From: Candidatus Dojkabacteria bacterium
GTDB lineage: Bacteria; Patescibacteriota; Dojkabacteria; SC72; JAHDCA01
Direction of reading: 5' to 3'
NCBI GenBank assembly: GCA_027036675.1
Contig: JALWDW010000005.1
Coordinates: forward strand, 1 to 46,976
Length of the DNA stretch: 46,976 nt
The notes under the pieces are model-generated. The model did no database searches. It was not told where the DNA came from and saw only the letters and a list, made by a program, of their open reading frames with translations. A program made the translations under genes and the position numbers. Positions 36,904 to 45,192 of the stretch are shown piece after piece (position 1 is the stretch's first letter; each line of letters opens with the position of its first letter).

Positions 36904-37878
36904 TTATATACCACCGGTCATCAATATCACGCTGCCGTTCAAGCGCTCAGGGTTTTTCGCAGTCCGTACCGCCCGCACAAATCCCGCAATCGCCAACGCG
37001 CCCTCATGCGATGTAGACAAATGCTCCCCGGAGCTTATGATCTCGTCCAAGTCCTCTTGACGAATCATATTTCGCACTTCGCTGACCGCACGGTCGTCCA
37101 TAACCCACCCCCGACCTCCTGTCGCAACTACAGCTGCCAACACTTCTTTTTTCCTATGCGCCACTTTGTCCACGATACTGTCTACAATACTAGTTTTCGT
37201 AGCTCCGACCGCCCGGTCAAACTCCGGATCGATACTCTCGGCGATTGTATAAACCCTTGTCGTCTGTACTATATGCAATGCAGGGATACGAAATTCACGA
37301 TACTCGATATGTATTTTCGCAAATCCGTCATATATCCCCACCGTCGTCGTACCGCTTGAGACGGGTATGAAAAGTGCCGGTATCTCTCCGTACTTTTTAT
37401 ACGGAAATTCGTCATAAATCTCAACGGCTATATTTTCATACCCTTTGGTGGCGTATTTATCAGTGGAACCTCGCAACAATGTCGATCCATGCTCTGTAGC
37501 AAACATATGCGCGTGAGAGATCGTTTTCGCTTCAATATGTACGGTGGTATGGGCTGGATTGACATAATTGCGCAATTTGCTCAGTTTTGCGGAGCTGATA
37601 CGCGGACTTATGAAAATATCCAGGTTGATGGGTCGCTGCGTGGTCGTTTGGTTTAACCTGTCTACCACGTATGCACCAGCTATTGCGGAGTTACCGGACG
37701 ACGATATCACAAAATTTCGCCGTCCATCGTCTATATGGGCCAATACTTGTTCGTATATTCCTCGTATTTTATGCGAACCGGTCACATTTAGATCTTCTCT
37801 TTTCAACAGAATCTCGTAAGATTCACCATCCACATTGATTTTTATTGCCTCCAACGGAGTTTTTTTACTCATATCCAT
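36904..37878 (-). CDS. PLP-dependent enzyme, fold type II (threonine synthase / cysteine synthase / Ser-Thr dehydratase family)
   Basis: LLKREDLNVTGSHKIRG (PLP lysine), ISSSGNSAIA, GYENIAVEI, FIPVSSGTT phosphate loop, terminal ILMTG. Confidence 0.88.
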   Translation of the reverse strand: MDMSKKTPLEAIKINVDGESYEILLKREDLNVTGSHKIRGIYEQVLAHIDDGRRNFVISSSGNSAIAGAYVVDRLNQTTTQRPINLDIFISPRISSAKLSKLRNYVNPAHTTVHIEAKTISHAHMFATEHGSTLLRGSTDKYATKGYENIAVEIYDEFPYKKYGEIPALFIPVSSGTTTVGIYDGFAKIHIEYREFRIPALHIVQTTRVYTIAESIDPEFDRAVGATKTSIVDSIVDKVAHRKKEVLAAVVATGGRGWVMDDRAVSEVRNMIRQEDLDEIISSGEHLSTSHEGALAIAGFVRAVRTAKNPERLNGSVILMTGGI

Positions 37879-37974
37879 GGCAAATCATAACAAAATGCCA
37901 CGAAGGATGGAAGTTACATGCGGGCGTAATAAATGTTATACTCTGCAAACAATTAAGATAATACGTATAATGAC

Positions 37975-38151
37975 ATGGAAGAGAACAATACTACTGTCAT
38001 TTGTCCTGAATGTGGCAACCCCATCACCGTGGAAGACGGCAAAGTAGTGGGCGACATCATCGAGTGTGAGACTTGCTTGACTACTTGTGAAGTCGTCGAT
38101 GTCGCTGATGATGGGGCATTGGAAATCGAACTGGTCGAAGAAGAGAAGTAG
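37975..38151 (+). CDS. lysW: LysW-like zinc-ribbon amino-group carrier protein (58 aa, absent from the ORF track)
   Basis: Hand translation: MEENNTTVICPECGNPITVEDGKVVGDIIECETCLTTCEVVDVADDGALEIELVEEEK*; CPEC...GDIIECxxC...EVV pattern and acidic composition of LysW; TGtTATACT at 37934-37942. Confidence 0.78.
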   Translation: MEENNTTVICPECGNPITVEDGKVVGDIIECETCLTTCEVVDVADDGALEIELVEEEK

Positions 38152-38660
38152 CTGACCGACATACCGCATCTGCTGAACGTCCCTCCACGGAACGATTCTG
38201 ACAGTTTGGAAACCGCTACACCCTCAACATCAACCTTACTATCGGGATATCGCACCGAGGGTGTTGAGCTTTCATCTATGGGAAAAAGTCTCTCCCAACG
38301 GCGGGGATGGTCCTCGGGAATGGGAAGGCTGGCAGAACCGCGAAGGCTGTACTCGTGCAACAAGTAACCACACTCAGGTAACGCGCGATTCACCTGTGGT
38401 GAAATTTTCATTAAAGTTTCATCTGCGGTCGCACACAACCAAGCCTACTACGACTGGTGGTCGCAACTAGACCATCATTGATCTGTACGCAGTGTGAGAA
38501 TTTCATTGGTTTGTCATCCGCAGGAATGGAACCCATGGATTAGAGTGGCCGACAGGATAAGCAAATCAACGCCATGCGGATTTGTCAAAAGCTTTCATTC
38601 GCAGTCACACACTGCCATACACCACTTGCGACGGTTTGCAAATGAGGGCAACAGCAGCCC

Positions 38661-41132
38661 TTACTTCACCTTTTCTATATGCAAGCTACCATTCTTAACA
38701 GTGACCTTGATGGTATCGCCTTCTTCAATATCCTCCGATAGTATCTTCTCAGATAAAGGAGTTTCTAATTCACGCTGTATAGTTCTTTTGATCGGTCTGG
38801 CGCCAAATTCCGGGTCATACCCAACCTCGGCAATAAACTCATATACTTTGTCATCTATCTCCAGCTTCAACCCTTGGGCACGTAACAATCCCTCCAAATC
38901 CTTAAGTAAAATCTTCACAATCTCAATAATTTGGGCTTTCTCCAAACCTTTGAAAACTATTACTTCGTCAAGTCTGTTAAGAAATTCAGGGCGGAAATAT
39001 TGCTTTAGATCTTCCTTTAATTCCTCAGTTAATTTGGCCCATTTTGACTCCAACTCTTTTTTATCCACCCCTGGCTTCTGTGAAGTCTTTAAGAATTTCA
39101 TAATCTTAGAAGACCCGATGTTGCTAGTTGCTATGATGATAGTATTTTTAAAGTCTACAGTACGTCCCTTGGCATCAGTCAATCGACCATCGTCCAGGAC
39201 TTGTAGCAATATATTGAACACATCAGGATGGGCTTTCTCTATCTCATCAAGCAAAATCACACTGTACGGCTTGCGTCGCACCGCTTCAGTCAATTGACCA
39301 CCCTCCTCGTGTCCGACATAACCCGGGGGAGAACCTACCAACCGCGATACGGCAAATTTTTCCATATACTCTGACATATCCAATCTGATCATAGCATCTT
39401 CGTCACCAAATATCTGTTGCGCTATGGCTTTGGCAAGCAATGTCTTCCCCACTCCGGTCGGACCCATGAATAAGAACGATGCAATTGGCCGGTTTTTATC
39501 CTTCAAGCCGACCCGTGAACGTCTGATTGCCTGTGATATGGCTTTGACTGCGTACTCTTGTCCTACCACTCGTTGGTGTAGCGTATCTTCTAACGCCAAA
39601 AGCTTCTCCCTTTCCTCGGCGCGTAAGTCCGATACTGGTATACCCGTCATCATCGCCACAACGTCAGCGATATCGTCAGCCACGACTCTCGGAGTGCCCG
39701 TACCTTTTTTGCGAAGCCATTCTTGTTCCAGAGGTTCAATTTCTTTCTTCTTCTTCTCGATCTGCACCTTGATTTCCGCGGCCTTTTTGTGCTCACCGGC
39801 ACGACTCAACGACTCACGCTCTTTTTCCAATTGCTCAAGCTGATGTTTGACTTCACGCAATTCATCAGGCTCCGAGGTCGCGGCCAATCTTACACGCGAA
39901 GCTGCCTCATCTATCAGGTCGATAGCTTTGTCCGGTAAAAATCGATCCTGTATATATCGAGCCGACAATTCCGCGGCGGCAACGATCGCTTCGTCGGTCA
40001 GCTTGACCTTGTGGTGTCCTTCATATCTGTCTTTAAGGCCTTGCAATATTTCGATTGTTTGTTCGACCGTAGGTTCATTTACCAACACCGGTTGGAATCT
40101 GCGTTCCAAAGCGGCATCTTTCTCTATATATTTTTTATACTCCGCAAGCGTGGTTGCACCGATTACTTGTAATTCGCCTCTGGCGAGTGCAGGTTTCAAC
40201 ATATTGGATAAGTCCATCTGACCTTCTTGCGCGCCGGTCCCGACGATAGTATGCAATTCATCTATGAATAGGATTATGTCCCTCCCAGCTTTGCCGAGTT
40301 CTTCAATCACCTTTTTGGCGCGTTCTTCAAATTCACCTCTATATTTACTACCTGCGACCAATCCCGCAACATCTAGTTCCAATACCTTTTTATTTTGCAA
40401 AACATCCGGGACCATACCTTGAGTAATCCTGTACGCAAGACCCTCCACGATTGCAGTTTTGCCCACACCAGGTTCTCCGATCAATACCGGATTGTTTTTC
40501 TTCCTGCGCGTCAGTATCTGGATTGTACGTGTAATCTCGTCAGATCGCCCAATCACAGGATCTATCTTGCCTTGTTTTGCCAATTCGGTAAGATTTCTCG
40601 AAAACTTGTCCAATGTCGGTGTTGCACTTTTTTCTTGCGATTTTTTACCCTCTTTATCACCTTCGCCGACAACCTTCATGACAGCTTGTCTTGCTTTCAC
40701 TTGCGTCACTCCCAATCTGTCAAACAACTGCGCGGCGATACCTTCACCTTCCATGATCAAACCCAACAGTATATGCTCACCGCCGATATAGTTGTGTTTC
40801 AATTGCATCGCTTCTTGAAACGCGTATTGCAACACTTGTTTCGCTCTGGGTGTCAATCCTGGTGTGTCAACATTTTCAGATCCCTCCGGCATCAACTCTT
40901 CAGCTTGCTTAAGTAGCATTTTTTTATCTGCGCCAAGTTCTTTCAATACTCTTTCCACAACCGGGTCATCTTGCAGAATACCTACCAGTAAATGTTCTGT
41001 ATCTATATTGCGAACATGGTGCATCAACGCTGATTCTGCAGCCTTCTGCAATGAATTTTTGGCCCGTTCTGAAAAATACGATGTAATATCAATCCTTTCA
41101 CCACCACCTCCATATTGATTAAATCCACTCAT
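38661..41132 (-). CDS. Hsp100/Clp AAA+ ATPase (ClpC/ClpG-like)
   Basis: Two Clp_N repeats, GEPGVGKT and GPTGVGKT Walker A motifs, FIDELH and [10 protein letters not shown], short coiled-coil middle domain, FGARPIKR. Confidence 0.93.
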   Translation of the reverse strand: MSGFNQYGGGGERIDITSYFSERAKNSLQKAAESALMHHVRNIDTEHLLVGILQDDPVVERVLKELGADKKMLLKQAEELMPEGSENVDTPGLTPRAKQVLQYAFQEAMQLKHNYIGGEHILLGLIMEGEGIAAQLFDRLGVTQVKARQAVMKVVGEGDKEGKKSQEKSATPTLDKFSRNLTELAKQGKIDPVIGRSDEITRTIQILTRRKKNNPVLIGEPGVGKTAIVEGLAYRITQGMVPDVLQNKKVLELDVAGLVAGSKYRGEFEERAKKVIEELGKAGRDIILFIDELHTIVGTGAQEGQMDLSNMLKPALARGELQVIGATTLAEYKKYIEKDAALERRFQPVLVNEPTVEQTIEILQGLKDRYEGHHKVKLTDEAIVAAAELSARYIQDRFLPDKAIDLIDEAASRVRLAATSEPDELREVKHQLEQLEKERESLSRAGEHKKAAEIKVQIEKKKKEIEPLEQEWLRKKGTGTPRVVADDIADVVAMMTGIPVSDLRAEEREKLLALEDTLHQRVVGQEYAVKAISQAIRRSRVGLKDKNRPIASFLFMGPTGVGKTLLAKAIAQQIFGDEDAMIRLDMSEYMEKFAVSRLVGSPPGYVGHEEGGQLTEAVRRKPYSVILLDEIEKAHPDVFNILLQVLDDGRLTDAKGRTVDFKNTIIIATSNIGSSKIMKFLKTSQKPGVDKKELESKWAKLTEELKEDLKQYFRPEFLNRLDEVIVFKGLEKAQIIEIVKILLKDLEGLLRAQGLKLEIDDKVYEFIAEVGYDPEFGARPIKRTIQRELETPLSEKILSEDIEEGDTIKVTVKNGSLHIEKVK

Positions 41133-41176
41133 ATCTATAGTATCCTCATCAATTTATTTACTTAAAGCTAATATGG

Positions 41177-41204
41177 ATTATAAACTCTTTGTTTTTTCAG
41201 TCAA
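41177..41204 (-). promoter_or_regulatory. Sigma70 promoter of the Clp ATPase gene
   Basis: TTGACT-16 nt-TATAAT on the minus strand; GAGGA Shine-Dalgarno-like sequence ~10 nt before the ATG. Confidence 0.6.
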
Positions 41205-41289
41205 GTAAACTCACGACCCATAGAGAATTTAGTCGAAAACTACTGCTCATGATAAAATCATCTTTTCAAATAATGATATTATTCAATTT

Positions 41290-42009
41290 ATGAAGACTTT
41301 TTCTTCCGTCACAGTCAAGAAGCACAAATATCTGGTAAAAATTCGCTTTGTGCGATCTTACAATCATCTCAGAGGTGTATTACGACGATTTAAATTTAAC
41401 TACAATCATAAGCTTGCAAAGCTCGATATACATGCATTGCCATACCCGACGGACTGGCAAAAATTACGAAGGTACAAAAGGTTGGTTGTAGAGATAGGTT
41501 CGGGTCATGGGGAATTGATCGCCGATTTATCACAAAAACGACCTGATGACCTGTTTATCGGTTTTGAGATAATTTCAAAGTTTATGAGGATGGGTATGCG
41601 TCGGCTCTCTTCAGTAGACAATGCGCGAATTTTCAAAGCCGAAGCGTACGGGATTATTCCGCTTATATTTGCAGATGAGACGATCGACGAGACGTATATA
41701 CTTTTCCCGGACCCTTGGCACAAAAGACGCCATCACAAAAGGCGCCCGTTGACAACAGAGTGGTTCAGTATCTTACACAAAAAAACAACTTCGGGAGGTT
41801 CGTTCCTTTTCGTCACGGATTGGGAAGATTATTATGACTTCGTATCCGCGCAACTGGAGACCTGCGACGCAGGTTGGGACATCAAGACGGGTGAATACAA
41901 GCCGGAAAGTTTCGGACTACCGCAGACTCACTATTACAAAAAGTGGTTGAAATTGGGCAGAAATTTTCGCTATATCCTCGGTCGCAAACGTCAATCGAAT
42001 ATTTCGTGA
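41290..42009 (+). CDS. trmB: tRNA (guanine-N7)-methyltransferase TrmB
   Basis: VEIGSGHG, FIGFEI, LFPDPWHKRRHHKRR, FVTDWEDY. Confidence 0.92.
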   Translation: MKTFSSVTVKKHKYLVKIRFVRSYNHLRGVLRRFKFNYNHKLAKLDIHALPYPTDWQKLRRYKRLVVEIGSGHGELIADLSQKRPDDLFIGFEIISKFMRMGMRRLSSVDNARIFKAEAYGIIPLIFADETIDETYILFPDPWHKRRHHKRRPLTTEWFSILHKKTTSGGSFLFVTDWEDYYDFVSAQLETCDAGWDIKTGEYKPESFGLPQTHYYKKWLKLGRNFRYILGRKRQSNIS

Positions 42010-43166
42010 AATACGATCTCCGCTCCGTTGTCCGGGAAGAGATTTTGCAATGCATCCTCGTCGATCGGTAGTGTTTGTTTTTTGATGGCTTCATTCATCG
42101 AATCTATGGTTGCCGTCAGGGTACCGGGGTTCAGATCACTTTCTTCGATTACTTTGGCCAAACCAACATCGACGAGATTCTGCGCGTTTTTCATTTGCTC
42201 GTTGTGGGTAACCCACGGTATCGGGACAAGTATGGACGGTTTGCGCAACAACGCCATCTCATACACCAGCCCCGCACCGCTCCTACCTACGAAAATATCC
42301 GTCTTGGACATTACGTATCCAAAATCAGCCTCATGAACAAATTTTATAATCAGCACATTGTCACGCATAAACTCGGGCAGGTCTTCCACTCGTTTGGTCA
42401 ACTTGTCGAAATCGCCGGTAGCGGAATTATCCCCAGTTTGCAGTATCAAGAAATATTTTTCCAGTAATTTTGGCAATGTTTGCAAAAATACGGTATTCAA
42501 TTTATGCGACCCCTGACCACCGCCAATCAAAGTTACGACCGGTACATCCCCCACCTTGTCCAGTTGCGATTTGAGTTTATGCGCCAGTTTCGCTTGTTGG
42601 GTCAATGAAGTATCAAATATAGAACGGCGGATCAGGTGTCCTGACAATACCACCTTATCTTTGGGGAGTTCGTCCAATGAACTGGCAAATGATACGAACA
42701 CTTTTTTTGCAAATTTGGCCACAATCTTATTGGCAAGCCCCACACTTGCGGTCTGTTCATGCAAGTAAACAGGCACACGCAATGCGCGCGCGGCCATACA
42801 TACGGGCACCGTCACATATCCTCCGGTTGCGAAAACGAGGTCGGGGCTAAATTGCTTGATCAATTTCAACGATTGCAAAAATCCCTTCGTGACTTCAAAC
42901 GGCATAGTTAATGTTGTAAGGTCGGGTTTTCGTTGAAGTTTACCGGCACTTACCGCCTTGAACGGGATCTGTGTGTTTTGTTCGATGATTTTTTGCTCGA
43001 GGCTTAGAGAAGACGGATCTCCCGCCATACCTTTATTTCCACCAATGTATAGGATATTTTCCAGTACAGACCGCTCGCCGTATTCTCGCATCAGTTTATC
43101 AACAAACGCTTTGGCGGTATTTACGTGCCCGCCCGAACCGCCTCCGGTAACCAGTATTCTTTTCAT
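41991..43166 (-). CDS. murG: Undecaprenyl-PP-MurNAc-pentapeptide GlcNAc transferase MurG
   Basis: TGGGSGGH, ATGGYVTVP, LHEQT, GGGQGS, VGRSGA..VYE, EQMKNA. Confidence 0.95.
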   Translation of the reverse strand: MKRILVTGGGSGGHVNTAKAFVDKLMREYGERSVLENILYIGGNKGMAGDPSSLSLEQKIIEQNTQIPFKAVSAGKLQRKPDLTTLTMPFEVTKGFLQSLKLIKQFSPDLVFATGGYVTVPVCMAARALRVPVYLHEQTASVGLANKIVAKFAKKVFVSFASSLDELPKDKVVLSGHLIRRSIFDTSLTQQAKLAHKLKSQLDKVGDVPVVTLIGGGQGSHKLNTVFLQTLPKLLEKYFLILQTGDNSATGDFDKLTKRVEDLPEFMRDNVLIIKFVHEADFGYVMSKTDIFVGRSGAGLVYEMALLRKPSILVPIPWVTHNEQMKNAQNLVDVGLAKVIEESDLNPGTLTATIDSMNEAIKKQTLPIDEDALQNLFPDNGAEIVFHEIFD

Positions 43167-43248
43167 ATGTCAGTATATCACTATTGACCAAAGCCATGCG
43201 AGACTATTTCTACTCGACATGGGAAAAAGCCCGCCCGGTATAGCGCCC

Positions 43249-44478
43249 TTATGTCTTATTTTGTTTGGCAATATTCAGCAACAATGCAATCCCGGCCAGG
43301 TTCACTATCATGGCCGAGCCACCGTATGTCAAAAAAGGCAATGGGATACCAGTCAACGGGATGACACCGATATTAGCCGATATATTCAACATCGCTTGTG
43401 CAAAAAGCCATACCACGATGCCAACCCCGACCAGTTTAGCCTCATAATCGCTTGTATTTCGCACTATCTTGATACCGTAATACAGAAACCCCAACCACAG
43501 CGCGATGAAGATCAACCCACCGATCAACCCGGTTTCCTCCAGCATCACGGCGATGATCGAGTCCGTATGAGCCTCGAAGCCCAAGTATCCGAATTTTTGA
43601 CGGGAAGCACCCAACCCCCTTCCAAACCAACCGCCCGAACCTACCGCATACAATATTTGTTGCAGTTGATAGCCTTTGCCCAAAGGATCGAGCACGGCAC
43701 CAGTCGTCAGTAAATGTGTATACACCGCGATCCGCTCCGATCTGTACGACGCCAGACTCGCAGAGATCAGACCCAATATACCGGCTACAGCCCCCAACGC
43801 CATAGTGCCGTACGTATGGATTTTGTCCTCGCTTGACACAAAGAATACGGCCGTTACTACAAATCCTATGATTGCCGCAGTGCCCAGATCCCTTTCCAAC
43901 AATACCAAGCCAAGCACGAAGATCAATAAAATACCAAAGTACATAAATTTCTGTCCAACCCCCGACCTTTTGAGACTGGCCAGTCCTTTGTAATTTGTAT
44001 TCCACTTAGGTAACCATGAAGCCATGTATATGATCATCCCCAATTTGGCGAATTCCGCAGGCTGTATCGGTATACCTGCAACTCGTATCCATCGGGACGC
44101 CCCGTTTCTTGCCGAAACACCCAAAAGACCGTTGTCTATTTTCATCAGCGGGATCACCAAGATCGCTACCAGGAGAAATAAAACCCCGCCCATGATGAAC
44201 ACCGACATTCTTTGTAGCAGTTTGTAATTCAGGTTATAAAGTATCCAAGCCAATACCACCGCTATGAATGTCCAAATGATTTGCAATTTGACATAATAAA
44301 ATCTGTCGTAATGCGACAAAGCGCTTCGTCCGGCAGTATAGACACTTGCATCAAACACCATCAGTACCCCAAAGAGTACCATAAAGACCGTGAAAATTTT
44401 GATATATCCAGAAGCCGTCTCCAACTCCTTATTCACGTATTTTGCTTTTGACCTTCTGCCACTGGAAATATTTTTCAT
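43249..44478 (-). CDS. ftsW: SEDS peptidoglycan polymerase FtsW
   Basis: NGASRWI, IQPAEFAK, ERDLGTA, GYQLQQ, EAHTDSI, PLTGIPLPFLTYGGS; directly upstream of murG. Confidence 0.9.
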   Translation of the reverse strand: MKNISSGRRSKAKYVNKELETASGYIKIFTVFMVLFGVLMVFDASVYTAGRSALSHYDRFYYVKLQIIWTFIAVVLAWILYNLNYKLLQRMSVFIMGGVLFLLVAILVIPLMKIDNGLLGVSARNGASRWIRVAGIPIQPAEFAKLGMIIYMASWLPKWNTNYKGLASLKRSGVGQKFMYFGILLIFVLGLVLLERDLGTAAIIGFVVTAVFFVSSEDKIHTYGTMALGAVAGILGLISASLASYRSERIAVYTHLLTTGAVLDPLGKGYQLQQILYAVGSGGWFGRGLGASRQKFGYLGFEAHTDSIIAVMLEETGLIGGLIFIALWLGFLYYGIKIVRNTSDYEAKLVGVGIVVWLFAQAMLNISANIGVIPLTGIPLPFLTYGGSAMIVNLAGIALLLNIAKQNKT

Positions 44479-44548
44479 AAATCAGTATACTATTTGTAAA
44501 CAGGATGTACTATACTATTTTCATCGGAATATATGTAATCACAAAGCT

Positions 44549-44887
44549 ATGGAAGGAAATACAAACAACACTGCGGATCCAACAACAGGTTTACCGCAAA
44601 CCCAGCCCCCGACCCCGAAACCTGTACCGACTCAGCCGACATTGCACCCGAAGCAACCCACCCCCAACACGGAGACTGCCACACAGACTACCCAACAAAA
44701 TGTGCAAAACTCGAACACGCCGAATGACCCGTTGCTGACCGACAAAACGTTTTCGGAGGATCTGACAGCTCGTTGGAATAGTTGGAAATGCATGGTGTGT
44801 GGATACGTTTACGAAGGGGTCCGCCCCAGGACTACCTGCCCTCGATGCGGTAACAGTGATCCTGACAAATTTTTAGATATAGACTGA
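44549..44887 (+). CDS. Small protein: Pro/Thr/Gln-rich disordered N-terminus plus rubredoxin-like Cys4 domain
   Basis: MEGNTNNTADPTTGLPQTQPP...WKCMVCGYVYEG...CPRCG. Start re-set to ATG 44549 because the longer frame overlaps ftsW. Confidence 0.8.
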   Translation: MEGNTNNTADPTTGLPQTQPPTPKPVPTQPTLHPKQPTPNTETATQTTQQNVQNSNTPNDPLLTDKTFSEDLTARWNSWKCMVCGYVYEGVRPRTTCPRCGNSDPDKFLDID

Positions 44888-45192
44888 TCGCACTTGCTCA
44901 AGACTTACACACCCTCGAAACTGTTCTGACGAAGATCCATTAGCAGGACGCGGTGTGCTGATCTACCCACGCATAATGTATGCATATTGCGCTCGAAGGT
45001 GGGTCATGATGCAAATTGATTGGCAAGCTTCTTGTTTGGGTAACCGCTAAATTCCCTCTTTTGGCCGTCCGGTATCGTATCGAGTAAATCAAGCTCGGAT
45101 TAATGTGACGAAGGTTACTCAGCGAAAGCAATATCCGTAGAAGTGCCAAGAGTCCTCCTCCATAGCACATTGATTTAGCTTGATTGTCGTAG

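Noticed and set aside
35437..38151. Canonical LysW/AAA lysine biosynthesis operon
   Set aside because: No lysY/Z/J/K or homocitrate genes; the ATP-grasp (~480 aa) is much longer than LysX and the carrier lacks EDWGE.
37953..38438. 161-aa and 77-aa minus-strand ORFs
   Set aside because: They are antisense shadows of the lysW-like gene and have no recognisable motifs.
38494..39297. 267-aa plus-strand ORF and similar long antisense ORFs over clp, secA, murA, RuBisCO and ftsW
   Set aside because: Typical shadow frames opposite conserved genes.
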